DNA from: Burkholderiaceae bacterium
GTDB lineage: Bacteria > Pseudomonadota > Gammaproteobacteria > Burkholderiales > Burkholderiaceae_C
DNA: 64,000 nt
Direction: 5' to 3'
Assembly: GCA_004322085.1 (NCBI GenBank)
Contig: SCRR01000397.1
Location: forward strand, 1,344-65,343
Numbering within the stretch: position 1 is the first letter of the stretch; every line of letters starts with the position of its first letter. This document shows positions 18,521 through 27,590 of the stretch, one piece after another. The position numbers and the translations under genes are program-made. Below the pieces are notes generated by a model. That model did no database searches. It saw only the letters and a program-made list of their open reading frames with translations, and was not told the origin of the DNA.

Positions 18521-19383
18521 ACCGCCGCAGGATCAGAATAGCCACGGCACAAAAGGCAACACCCGGCGATAGCATCGCGCACCCGCGTCGAAAGCAGCGC
18601 CGCCAGCTCGTCGGTGTGCCGGTAACCGGCTGCGCTGCTCGCCACGCCATCGCGCACGGCGGGATGCAGATACACCTCGGAGAGGCCATCGGGCAAATCC
18701 CGCAAGATCCCAAGCAGCACCGTTTCATCCAGCCCACCACTTTCGCGAATGCCAAAAACGTGGTCGTTGTGGGCTATGCCTGCCTTGTCGAGACGCCTGC
18801 GCATCAGAGCCAGCCACGGTCGCAACCAAGGACCAGAACCCGGCTCGCTGGGTAGCCGGACGGCGCGCAGGCCAAATTCCCGGCCGATTGAAAGCACCAG
18901 GGACAGGACAGTGGGATGCAAATGGAAATGCTTGTGCCCGTTGACGTGATCCAGGAGCAAGCCTGTTGCGGCAAACGCTTCAAATTGAGCGCGTATTTCG
19001 GCCGCCAACTGCCGGCGCAAACGCGGCAGCAAAAAAAAGCGCGCGCCATTGCGTACCATAGCGCTGTTGAACACGCCGTGCGCATCGACCAGATCAGGGA
19101 TGCGCTCCGGCGGCAACACCGCCGCTCCGTCAGCCAGCACCAGATGCAGTCCAACTGCCAGACCCGGAAGACGGCGTGCACGCGCTATGGCATCCGCCGC
19201 AGCCGGCGCCGCGACCATGAGGCTTGCGGCACCCAGCACGCCATGCAGACAGGCAGTTTCGACCGCTTCATTGACAGCCTCGTGCAGGCCGTAATCATCG
19301 GCGGTTATGATCAGACGCGGGCGGGTCACGACGTCACATCTTTCTTGTGCCGCCCTGCGTGTAAAAAACAGCCAATCATGCAT
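18511..19383 (-). CDS. hpnK: YdjC-like carbohydrate deacetylase HpnK
   Basis: 290 aa with the IITADDYG metal-binding N-terminal motif of the YdjC family. Lies between hpnJ and hpnL. The start may be the internal GTG at 19329. Confidence 0.8.
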   Translation of the reverse strand: MHDWLFFTRRAAQERCDVVTRPRLIITADDYGLHEAVNEAVETACLHGVLGAASLMVAAPAAADAIARARRLPGLAVGLHLVLADGAAVLPPERIPDLVDAHGVFNSAMVRNGARFFLLPRLRRQLAAEIRAQFEAFAATGLLLDHVNGHKHFHLHPTVLSLVLSIGREFGLRAVRLPSEPGSGPWLRPWLALMRRRLDKAGIAHNDHVFGIRESGGLDETVLLGILRDLPDGLSEVYLHPAVRDGVASSAAGYRHTDELAALLSTRVRDAIAGCCLLCRGYSDPAAVCS

Positions 19384-19408
19384 TCGACAAACACTGGCAA
19401 GAACCCAA

Positions 19409-20830
19409 TCAGGCCCGATGCGCGCGCAGGAAGTGAAAGAATTCCACCCCCTCGCGCAAGCGGCGCTTCATCATGTCCCAACTCATCAGCATTTCGCGGA
19501 CGATTTCCCAGATCTTTGACGGGCGGAAATAAAATCTTTTGTAGAACACCTCGACACTGTGGTAGATGTCTTCCTTCGACAGGTGCGGGTAACTGATCAG
19601 CGCAAGCTGGACACCTGTGTCATTGACAAGATTGGTCGCTTCGTTTTCCTGGAGCCAGCCGTTTTCGACGGCCTGCCTGTACAGCTCCGTACCGGGGTAC
19701 GGAGCAGCCAGTGAGACTTGAATGGTGTGAGGATTGATCTCCTTGGCGAAACGTATGGTTTTCTCGATGGTCTCTTTGGTTTCACCAGGCAGGCCAAGGA
19801 TGAACGTGCCGTGGATGATGATGCCAAGCTTGCGGCAATCTTCGGTGAAGCGCCGCGCTATATCGGTGCGCAGGCCCTTTTTAATGTTGAGCAGGATCTG
19901 ATCGTCACCCGACTCATAGCCCACGAGCAGCAGCCGCAGGCCATTGTCCTTCATGATCTTCAGCGTCTTGTAGGGCACATTGGCCTTGGCGTTGCAGGAC
20001 CACGTGACGCCCAACTTGCCCAGCCCGACGGCAATTTCCTCGACACGCTGCTTGAAGTCGGTAAAGGTGTCATCATCGAACATGATCTCTTTAACCTCGG
20101 GCATGTTCTCTTTGATCCATTTCACCTCGGCCAGCACACTTTCGGTTGAGCGGACCCGATAGCGGTGACCACCTACCGTCTGCGGCCATAGGCAGAACGT
20201 GCATCGGGAACGGCAGCCACGCCCCGTGTAGAACGACACGTAGGGGTGCTTGAGATAGCCAATAAAATAATTGTTGATATTCAGATCGCGCCGATAGATG
20301 GGCGCGACAAATGGCAGTCCATCCATATCTTCAATGGTTGCGCGCGGTGGGTTGTGCTTGACACTGCCATCGGCCAGCTTGTAGCTCAGGCCACGAATAT
20401 CTTCCAGCGGCAGTCCTTCAGCCACCTCTTTGCAGGTGTAATCGAATTCTTCACGCGCCACGAAATCGATGGCGGCCGAAGCCTGTAACGACGGTGTCGG
20501 CTCGACGGCAACCTTGGCGCCAACCATGCCGATCAGAATGTCCGCGCGGCGCGCCTTGAGCAACTCGGCGAATTTTGCGTCAGTGGGAAAGGACGGTGTG
20601 CTGGTGTGAATAATGACCAGATCATAGCCCTGGGCAATATTCAACGTGTCTTCGACCGAAAGGTCGTCGGCAGGAGCATCCAGTACCCGGGATTCGGGCA
20701 CCAGCGCCGCAGGCTGGGCCAGCCACGTCGGGTACCAAAAACTTTTGATCTCGCGCTTGGCCTGATAGCGCGAGCCTGCGCCGCCATCAAAGCCGTCAAA
20801 CGAAGGAGCCTGCAAAAAAAGTGTTTTCAT
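19409..20830 (-). CDS. hpnJ: B12-binding radical SAM protein HpnJ
   Basis: Start chosen at MKTLFLQAPSFDG. CRSRCTFC (CxxxCxxC) motif. N-terminal cobalamin-binding-like domain. Confidence 0.85.
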   Translation of the reverse strand: MKTLFLQAPSFDGFDGGAGSRYQAKREIKSFWYPTWLAQPAALVPESRVLDAPADDLSVEDTLNIAQGYDLVIIHTSTPSFPTDAKFAELLKARRADILIGMVGAKVAVEPTPSLQASAAIDFVAREEFDYTCKEVAEGLPLEDIRGLSYKLADGSVKHNPPRATIEDMDGLPFVAPIYRRDLNINNYFIGYLKHPYVSFYTGRGCRSRCTFCLWPQTVGGHRYRVRSTESVLAEVKWIKENMPEVKEIMFDDDTFTDFKQRVEEIAVGLGKLGVTWSCNAKANVPYKTLKIMKDNGLRLLLVGYESGDDQILLNIKKGLRTDIARRFTEDCRKLGIIIHGTFILGLPGETKETIEKTIRFAKEINPHTIQVSLAAPYPGTELYRQAVENGWLQENEATNLVNDTGVQLALISYPHLSKEDIYHSVEVFYKRFYFRPSKIWEIVREMLMSWDMMKRRLREGVEFFHFLRAHRA

Positions 20831-20888
20831 GTAAATCGAGTTCCACTGGCTACGCGGGCTAGACGAACCACCCACACATTGACACGAC

Positions 20889-22055
20889 TCAATACCGTGA
20901 CGCGGTACCTTTTCCACGACTGTGAAGCACCGCACCGCGCCACTTCACCTGCCAGCCAGTCAAGGCAACCGCCCACTCGAGCAATAGTAGCGCATCGCGC
21001 AGCGGAATCAACAGGAGTTCGCGCCAGAGCGGTGTCGCATGCTTGAATTCTGGCCTGGAAAAGTATAGCAAAGCTCGCGATCCGAGACCCAACAGGGCCA
21101 GAATGCCGTTGGGCACGCCAGGCGCCAGGGCCAGCCCCAGCAGCACGACGGGCGTGGTGAAGCAAAGGCACGTCGGGATGAATCCCAGAGGGGCGATCGA
21201 CCGGATGATGCGCAGCCACCGCAATTCACGCGCCCATAATGTGGAAAACCCCACATCACTGACCTCGGTGGCAACCAACAAATCCGACAAAACCGTGCGC
21301 AAGGACTTCTGACGAGTCAGCTCGCCAAGCCAGAAGTCGTCCGCCAGCGTATCGCGCAGCGCCTCAAACCCACCAATTGACACCAGGACTTCGCGTCGCA
21401 TCGCAATCGTCGAACCGAACGAAAACCGCGTGGAGCCAAATGCGTGTGCGAGCCTGACCGACGGCACAAACCAGTCGTCAATAAACAGGCGCCCCATGCG
21501 CGACCAGAAGCCCCGCCCTGCAACCCCGTGGTACAGGCAAGTGACGATACCCACATCGGAATCGGCCAGCGGCGCCACCACGCGTGTCAGATAATCGGCG
21601 GGAACACTGATGTCGCTGTCGGCCAATACGAACCAGCCATACCTTGCTCGCGGGAGCATGTTGATGAGATTGCTGACCTTCGGATTGGAGCCATACAGAC
21701 GCGAGTTGATGACAAGCGCAATATCAAGCTGTGGAAATTCTGCACGCAGCCGTCGTACCACGTCAATGGCAGGGTCCTCGTTGTCCCGCACACCAAAAAT
21801 GAGCTCGTAGTCGGGATATGCCTGTACGCAGAAGCTACGCAGATTCTCGTACAGCCGCGGTTCCGCGCCACAAAGCGGCTTGAGCACGCTTACCGGCTGC
21901 GGATGGCCAGACACGCCAACGCGGGCAGATGGAACGTCCGGACCGCGCGGGCTTTTCAACACCACGTACAACACAACACACGCGTAGATCGCACCTGCAA
22001 CTACAAGGGCAGTGCCAAGCCAGTAGAGGCCCATATCAAAAGCGTTCATCGACAT
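20889..22055 (-). CDS. hpnI: Hopanoid-associated glycosyltransferase HpnI
   Basis: 388 aa. N-terminal TM helix, a GT2/GT21-like core (LADSD), C-terminal TM helices. First gene of the hpnI-J-K-L run. Confidence 0.8.
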   Translation of the reverse strand: MSMNAFDMGLYWLGTALVVAGAIYACVVLYVVLKSPRGPDVPSARVGVSGHPQPVSVLKPLCGAEPRLYENLRSFCVQAYPDYELIFGVRDNEDPAIDVVRRLRAEFPQLDIALVINSRLYGSNPKVSNLINMLPRARYGWFVLADSDISVPADYLTRVVAPLADSDVGIVTCLYHGVAGRGFWSRMGRLFIDDWFVPSVRLAHAFGSTRFSFGSTIAMRREVLVSIGGFEALRDTLADDFWLGELTRQKSLRTVLSDLLVATEVSDVGFSTLWARELRWLRIIRSIAPLGFIPTCLCFTTPVVLLGLALAPGVPNGILALLGLGSRALLYFSRPEFKHATPLWRELLLIPLRDALLLLEWAVALTGWQVKWRGAVLHSRGKGTASRY

Positions 22056-22160
22056 GATGCCTTACAACATAGCAAGACGGACGATACGGTGTAATGACGC
22101 ATTATTTTAACCCAATCCAACCGGCACGATCAGGGCTGCGGCCGCAATGAGCCGGACGAC

Positions 22161-22901
22161 CTACGACGGCGCCCTCGACACACCGTAAGTAGCCGACACC
22201 ACCAGCCAGCGGCCATGTATCGACTGCCGCGAACGGGCCTGATCCCAAAACCGGGCTTCTTCGGACGTCTTTGCCTTGCGACGCCGCATCCCATAATACA
22301 GCAGGCCCGGAAACGCCAGCAGGTGTTCGACCCATCGCTTGGGTTTGGTTTCATTCACCTCGTGCAGAGTGATGTTGCCGTAGCCACTATTGTTCAGCAC
22401 CTGATGCAGCAAGCCGAACGTAAAGGGAAAATACGTGATGTAGTCCTTTCCGGGCTTCTTGCCGATGCCGGGGCGGAAGCCGGAGTGAAACCCACGCAGG
22501 AAAAATTGCAGCCGCGAGCGCATGTACAAGGTGTTAGGGGTCGTAATGATGACTACACCGCCTGGCCGCAAATTAGCGGCAAAGCTGGCCACGGCACAGC
22601 CAGGGCTAAGCAGCAAATGAATGGCCTCACAGCAGACGACCGCATCGTACTGCTGCGTTCCGGGCATGGGTGTGTTCAGATCCTGCTCGATCACGTTGCG
22701 ATAGCCATTGTTTTCGCGGGGAAACTCCCACAGACATGCGCCGTCCAGCGCAACGCCAGAGCCCTTCAACGCCTCGCCGAGCCAGCCGTCCCCGCAGGGT
22801 GCATCCAGTACGGCTTTTACGTCGAGTTCCTGCAGGATTGAAAGCACGACTGGATAATAAGGATGGTTTGGATAACCTGGTACTTCCTGTATTGAAATCA
22901 C
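22161..22901 (-). CDS. Class I SAM-dependent methyltransferase, substrate unknown
   Basis: 246 aa with a GTG start. Motif I VLDAPCGDG and post-I acidic residue. Lies between the LPS-core-type cluster and hpnI. Confidence 0.75.
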   Translation of the reverse strand: MISIQEVPGYPNHPYYPVVLSILQELDVKAVLDAPCGDGWLGEALKGSGVALDGACLWEFPRENNGYRNVIEQDLNTPMPGTQQYDAVVCCEAIHLLLSPGCAVASFAANLRPGGVVIITTPNTLYMRSRLQFFLRGFHSGFRPGIGKKPGKDYITYFPFTFGLLHQVLNNSGYGNITLHEVNETKPKRWVEHLLAFPGLLYYGMRRRKAKTSEEARFWDQARSRQSIHGRWLVVSATYGVSRAPS

Positions 22902-23017
22902 GCCCGCCGCCCTTTTTCTTCATCGGTATTGGACGACAAGTCTACCAGAACGCTCGCGGCGAACATCAAGTGATCATACCTATTGAACTACCTGCGGCAC
23001 CACCGCACAAGTACCGC

Positions 23018-24175
23018 TCAGACGCCACCAGCCCCACGCTCAGCCAGCACCTCGTCATACAACGCGAGATACCGGCGCGCCGCCTCGACCCAGCTATGAC
23101 GTTTGACGACCTCAGTCCCCCCCTGCGCGAGCCGATCACGCAACCCAGGCTCAGTGTCGATGCGCTGCAGGAACTCGGCCAGTTGTGCGGCATTTTCAGG
23201 GTCGGACATGACGAGCGCCTCGGTGCCATGGCTGACATACTGCGCAAATCCACACCAGGGTTGAGGGCTCAGCACAACGGGCAAGCCAAATGACATGGCT
23301 TCCAGCGGCGCCATGCCAAAACTGTCGTTCAGGGTGGGATGCACATAGACATCCGCCATCTCGTAGTACTGGCCTACCGTAGAAGTCTCGTCGACAGCAT
23401 GCACGCGATCAATCAGCTCGCCATGATTGAATCGGGCCACGAATTCGCGCGTACCAGCGTTCCCACCGACCACCAGCAATTTCACCTGCGGCGGCAGCTG
23501 TGCCAAAGCCCGCAGCACTGTTGGAAGGCCCTTGCGCAATGGGTTGCGAGCCACCAGCAGGCAAACCCGATCCGTATCGGACCAGCCCAGGGCTTGCCGC
23601 GCGGCTACGCGCGCGATCGGATCGATCGCTGGCGGGCAGGCAACCCCAGGAGGAATTACCGGCGCCGACAGCGAATCACCATAGGCCTGCCGCAGCTGCT
23701 CGGCAATCAGACCGGACACAGCAACTGTGCGATGCGCTGGCCGCGATGCAACCCGCAGGCACTCCAGGCGAAGGTAGGTCTGCACCCTTGGGCTGATGTG
23801 CGAAAGAGCACGCTTCATGAAAGGCAATTTGCGCACACGCCAGTTGTAGCGCACCGGCGTCACATGCACGACCTCGACATCACCGCAAAATCCATTGGCA
23901 TGCGAATGCACGATGTCGAACCCGCGGCGCGTCATGCGGCGCACCTTGATCGCAAACAGCAGGACACGCACCCAGCTTGGCCAGCCCGACCACACACGCA
24001 CGTGAACATACGGTAGCTTCAGCCCACATGCATTGTCGTACTCGCGCGCGAACACAGTAATATCGTGATTGGCCGCCAGTTCGTGCATCAGGGCAACGCC
24101 ATAGGCCTCGGCACCCCCAAAGCGGGACCCAAACCTGTCGCCTACAAAAGCGATTTTCAATCGGGGCCTATCCAC
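23018..24175 (-). CDS. Glycosyltransferase family 4 (GT-B), LPS-core type
   Basis: 385 aa. N-terminal GGAE motif and C-terminal E-x7-E region FGMAPLEAMSFGLPVV. Confidence 0.8.
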   Translation of the reverse strand: MDRPRLKIAFVGDRFGSRFGGAEAYGVALMHELAANHDITVFAREYDNACGLKLPYVHVRVWSGWPSWVRVLLFAIKVRRMTRRGFDIVHSHANGFCGDVEVVHVTPVRYNWRVRKLPFMKRALSHISPRVQTYLRLECLRVASRPAHRTVAVSGLIAEQLRQAYGDSLSAPVIPPGVACPPAIDPIARVAARQALGWSDTDRVCLLVARNPLRKGLPTVLRALAQLPPQVKLLVVGGNAGTREFVARFNHGELIDRVHAVDETSTVGQYYEMADVYVHPTLNDSFGMAPLEAMSFGLPVVLSPQPWCGFAQYVSHGTEALVMSDPENAAQLAEFLQRIDTEPGLRDRLAQGGTEVVKRHSWVEAARRYLALYDEVLAERGAGGV

Positions 24176-24890
24176 GACGACGCCTGTCTTCCATCCGGGT
24201 CAGGCACTTTTGCAGAAAGCGCAAGATATTGGTCGATCGCGCCACCGTAACACGCGGCAGGCCGAACAGATCATCCGACGTTCTGGCCAAACCACGCAGT
24301 GTAGTGGTGGCGCTGGTGTACCCTGCGTCGCGCACCATGGCACGTATTTGCAGATTCTCATCACCGTATGGATAACAGAAGGCGGTAACCGGTGAGTCCA
24401 ACAACTGTTCAAGCTCCAGCCTGGACTGCGCAATCTGAAACGCGGAAATTTCCGGAGACAGCTGCGTAAGGCGCACGTGATCGAGCGCATGCGAGCCGAC
24501 CTCCTGACCTGCCGCCGCCCACTGCCGCACTTCGGCTGGCGACATCAGTTCGGCACGCGGGACACCCTTTTTGTCGTCCCAGGAATTATCACCGTCGAGC
24601 TTGCGTGCCACAAAATAATTCGTGGAAGTAAACCCCAGGCCCGCAAGCACCGGCAAGGCATTTTGAAAGGCGTTGCGGTAGCCATCGTCAAAGGTGATAC
24701 CAAACACTTTTCCAGTGCGCGCACCTGTTAGGTAAGGGGCCAGATCACGCACCGACAGGCCTCGATATCCCAGCCGATACATCCAGGACATTTGCCGCCT
24801 GAAGTCGGCCGGGTGGACCGTCAACCCGCGGTATGGTGACCCCTTGGCAGCCGGAATTCCCACCTGATGGTACATGAGGATAGGTATCAT
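24168..24890 (-). CDS. Polysaccharide deacetylase (CE4/NodB)
   Basis: 240 aa. TFDDG and GSHALDH metal/catalytic motifs. 8-nt overlap with the downstream GT4. Confidence 0.8.
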   Translation of the reverse strand: MIPILMYHQVGIPAAKGSPYRGLTVHPADFRRQMSWMYRLGYRGLSVRDLAPYLTGARTGKVFGITFDDGYRNAFQNALPVLAGLGFTSTNYFVARKLDGDNSWDDKKGVPRAELMSPAEVRQWAAAGQEVGSHALDHVRLTQLSPEISAFQIAQSRLELEQLLDSPVTAFCYPYGDENLQIRAMVRDAGYTSATTTLRGLARTSDDLFGLPRVTVARSTNILRFLQKCLTRMEDRRRRG

Positions 24891-24898
24891 GAGCCCAA

Positions 24899-25654
24899 TT
24901 ATATTTGTTTGTTTCTGGTTAAAAACAGCAGCTTACTATAGCGGAAAAAACTTCCCGCAGCGGCAGTCATGGCCAGGATGAACCCTTCCTTGCCGTCCAG
25001 AAACCCACGGCGAATGATATAGAGGCGCACGAACGTCCAGAAGGTATGCCCCAGCACCCCGAGCACCGACGTAGCCTTCCCGCGCGCGTGCATCATGCGT
25101 GCCGCATCCGAGGAATAGCGATTGATCTTGGCAATCATGGTGTCCATATCCGCGTAGGGATAATGCAGGAAATGCCCGTCGAGGATGGCAACGGCACCAT
25201 CGGCCCTGACACTTTCGTGTACTGGCGCATCGGTAAAGCGCGCTGTCCCGCGCTGAAACAACCTGAGTACATGATCGGGCCACCAGCCGCTATGCTTTAT
25301 CCAACGCCCGCAGAAGTTGGAAAGCCGCGCTATCTTATAGGCCCGAGCACCCGGATTTTGCAGCACACGCACGATGGCCTGCGCCAATTCAGGCGTGACA
25401 CGCTCATCGGCGTCGATCGACAACACCCAATCCTGCGTGGCCAGCGCAAGCGCGCGGTTCTTCTGTGGGCCAAAGCCAGGCCAATCATCAGCAACGCTGA
25501 CCTTGGCCCCCTTCGCCCGGGCAATATCGCGGGTGGCGTCGGTACTGCCCGAGTCCAGAACAATGATTTCATCGGCAAATGACACTGAGTCGAGGCAATC
25601 CCCAATGTTGCCGGCCTCGTTGCGGGTGATGATGATGACCGACAATGTCGTCAT
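24899..25654 (-). CDS. Glycosyltransferase family 2 (WaaE/KdtX-like LPS core glycosyltransferase)
   Basis: 251 aa. LSVIIITRNE, DSGSTD and DADE motifs. Confidence 0.8.
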   Translation of the reverse strand: MTTLSVIIITRNEAGNIGDCLDSVSFADEIIVLDSGSTDATRDIARAKGAKVSVADDWPGFGPQKNRALALATQDWVLSIDADERVTPELAQAIVRVLQNPGARAYKIARLSNFCGRWIKHSGWWPDHVLRLFQRGTARFTDAPVHESVRADGAVAILDGHFLHYPYADMDTMIAKINRYSSDAARMMHARGKATSVLGVLGHTFWTFVRLYIIRRGFLDGKEGFILAMTAAAGSFFRYSKLLFLTRNKQI

Positions 25655-26493
25655 GCGCCGCTCCTGCGTGACCGCTTCCAGAGCTTCCAGTGGTTGTATA
25701 GCGGCCCCACGAAGGGGTTGGCGGCGATCCTGATACGCCTGCCTACCGAAGCGCCTGAAGTATTGCGCACGGCAAAGCGATGAATGCAGGTGGGATCTGT
25801 GCCGGCACGATTCTGCCCAAAAGCCTGTGTCGTATATAAATAGCGGAACCCGGCCTGGAGGGCAAGATCGACATAATCAGAATCAAAATAGCCCTGCGGC
25901 CAGCAGAAGTGCTGTGAGACGGTCCCCAAATTCGCCACCAGTGCTTCCTTTGACTGAGCCAGTTCACGCGCCATCAGCTCATTCTTGCTTTCGGCGCGGC
26001 TGCCTTGATCCCAGCGCGTATGCGTATGGGTGTGACTGTGAAATTCGAACGTGCCATCGGCCTGCATGGCATGAATCTCGCTCCAGCGCAGCGCCACTTC
26101 ATCGCTTTGACCCTGCTGAATCAGGCGTTCACATTCTCGATGATCATGGACGCGCGGCAGCTCACCCCGCCCCTGGTACGGCCGCACCGAGCCACTGCCC
26201 ATCCAGGATGTCACCAGAAAAGCCACTGCGCAGAAGCCATATTTCTTTAACAGCGGATAGGCATACACCCAGTTATCCAGATAGCCGTCATCGAACGTAA
26301 TCATTAAGGATCTGGCGGGAACCGGCTCGCCGGCCAGATGTGCGGCAAATTCGTTAGTGGTCAGCGAGCGATAACCGTGCCGTGACAGCCACGCCAATTG
26401 ATCCTCGAAGTTTTGTGGCGACGTTGTAATGAAACCGCCCGACGGGGACACATGGTGATACATTAGTACCGGAACAGCCCGCGCGCTCGTCAT
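25651..26493 (-). CDS. Polysaccharide deacetylase (CE4/NodB), second paralogue
   Basis: 280 aa. TFDDG and HSHTHTH motifs. 4-nt overlaps with both neighbours. Confidence 0.8.
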   Translation of the reverse strand: MTSARAVPVLMYHHVSPSGGFITTSPQNFEDQLAWLSRHGYRSLTTNEFAAHLAGEPVPARSLMITFDDGYLDNWVYAYPLLKKYGFCAVAFLVTSWMGSGSVRPYQGRGELPRVHDHRECERLIQQGQSDEVALRWSEIHAMQADGTFEFHSHTHTHTRWDQGSRAESKNELMARELAQSKEALVANLGTVSQHFCWPQGYFDSDYVDLALQAGFRYLYTTQAFGQNRAGTDPTCIHRFAVRNTSGASVGRRIRIAANPFVGPLYNHWKLWKRSRRSGA

Positions 26494-27590
26494 TTTTTCA
26501 GTTCGCCCAACCAGCGGTAATAACAGGATTCTATGCTCCTGACCATGGCCGACTGACTGAATTTTCCTTCTGCCTGTATCATTTTGCGCCCCGCTTCGCC
26601 CATCCGGGCACGCAAACCCGGGTCATCAATAAGCTTTTCGAGTGCAGCCGTCAAAGCCGCCTTATCATGCATCGGCACCAGTAACGCCGTTACGTCATTT
26701 TGCACCATTTCGGGCACGCCATCGACATCTGTGGCAACCACGGCCAGACCCACACTGGCCGCCTCAACCAGTACCGTGCCTGAAGCTTCCTGCTCGGTAG
26801 CCAGGGCGAACAAGTCAAAACCAGCCAGCAAATTTGGCACATCCGTGCGGGTGCCAAGAAGGTGCACATGAGACTTAAGACCTTTGCTTTCGACATACGC
26901 CTGAATCTGCTCGAATATGGGCGAGCCGCCACCCACGAAAACCAGATGCAAATGCGGCCGTTCGCGAATCAACGGCTCCATGGCGTCGACCAGCGCACGA
27001 TGGCCTTTGCGGGCCCGCATTACCGCCACACACCCCACTATGACATCGTCCGGTGCCAGCAGCAACTCCTCGCGCAATGTTGAAGGCCCACCCCAAATTC
27101 TCGGCTCAATGACCGGATACACCGTCGCCACGTCACCCGGCCTGACCCCTCTCTCTATGAGCGCGTCGCGCACGAAGTTGCTGGCAGTCGTCACCCGATG
27201 CGGGATGACGGTGTACGAAAACAAGGAACCCGCCCGTTTGGCAAGATGGCGTGTGCGCACGATAAGCGGCACACCCGCAAGACGCCCGGCACATCCGGCC
27301 AACACCGTGTCGCGCCGGCTGTTGGTATTGAGCACGTCAAAATGACCCGAGCGCAGGATTCGTCGCAGACGGACCACCCCCTTGACGAAATTTACGGGGC
27401 CATCCATGAACAGCGTATGGACAGTGAAGCCGTCAGCACGCAGACGCTGCGCAAGCTCGGCCTGTGGCTGACAGATAGCTTCCATATGATGGCCGCGGTC
27501 CCGCATGGCGCGCATCTCGCGATAAATATATTGTTCCTGCCCACCGAAACTTGTGGCAGCTTCAGAGTGAACAATGCGCAGTGGCATCAT
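26490..27590 (-). CDS. Glycosyltransferase family 4 (GT-B)
   Basis: Start chosen at MMPLRIVHSE; this ATG overlaps the dnaE stop (TCATGATG). E-x7-E region EASGTVLVEAASVGLAVV. The track ORF start at 27671 lies inside dnaE. Confidence 0.8.
   Translation of the reverse strand: MMPLRIVHSEAATSFGGQEQYIYREMRAMRDRGHHMEAICQPQAELAQRLRADGFTVHTLFMDGPVNFVKGVVRLRRILRSGHFDVLNTNSRRDTVLAGCAGRLAGVPLIVRTRHLAKRAGSLFSYTVIPHRVTTASNFVRDALIERGVRPGDVATVYPVIEPRIWGGPSTLREELLLAPDDVIVGCVAVMRARKGHRALVDAMEPLIRERPHLHLVFVGGGSPIFEQIQAYVESKGLKSHVHLLGTRTDVPNLLAGFDLFALATEQEASGTVLVEAASVGLAVVATDVDGVPEMVQNDVTALLVPMHDKAALTAALEKLIDDPGLRARMGEAGRKMIQAEGKFSQSAMVRSIESCYYRWLGELKK

Noticed and set aside
1121-27590. Covalent hopanoid-lipid A (HoLA-type) biosynthesis encoded here
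   Set aside because: It is kept only as a remote possibility in the supercluster finding. No very-long-chain fatty acid (acpXL/lpxXL-type) genes or candidate hopanoid acyl-linking enzymes are visible in the window.
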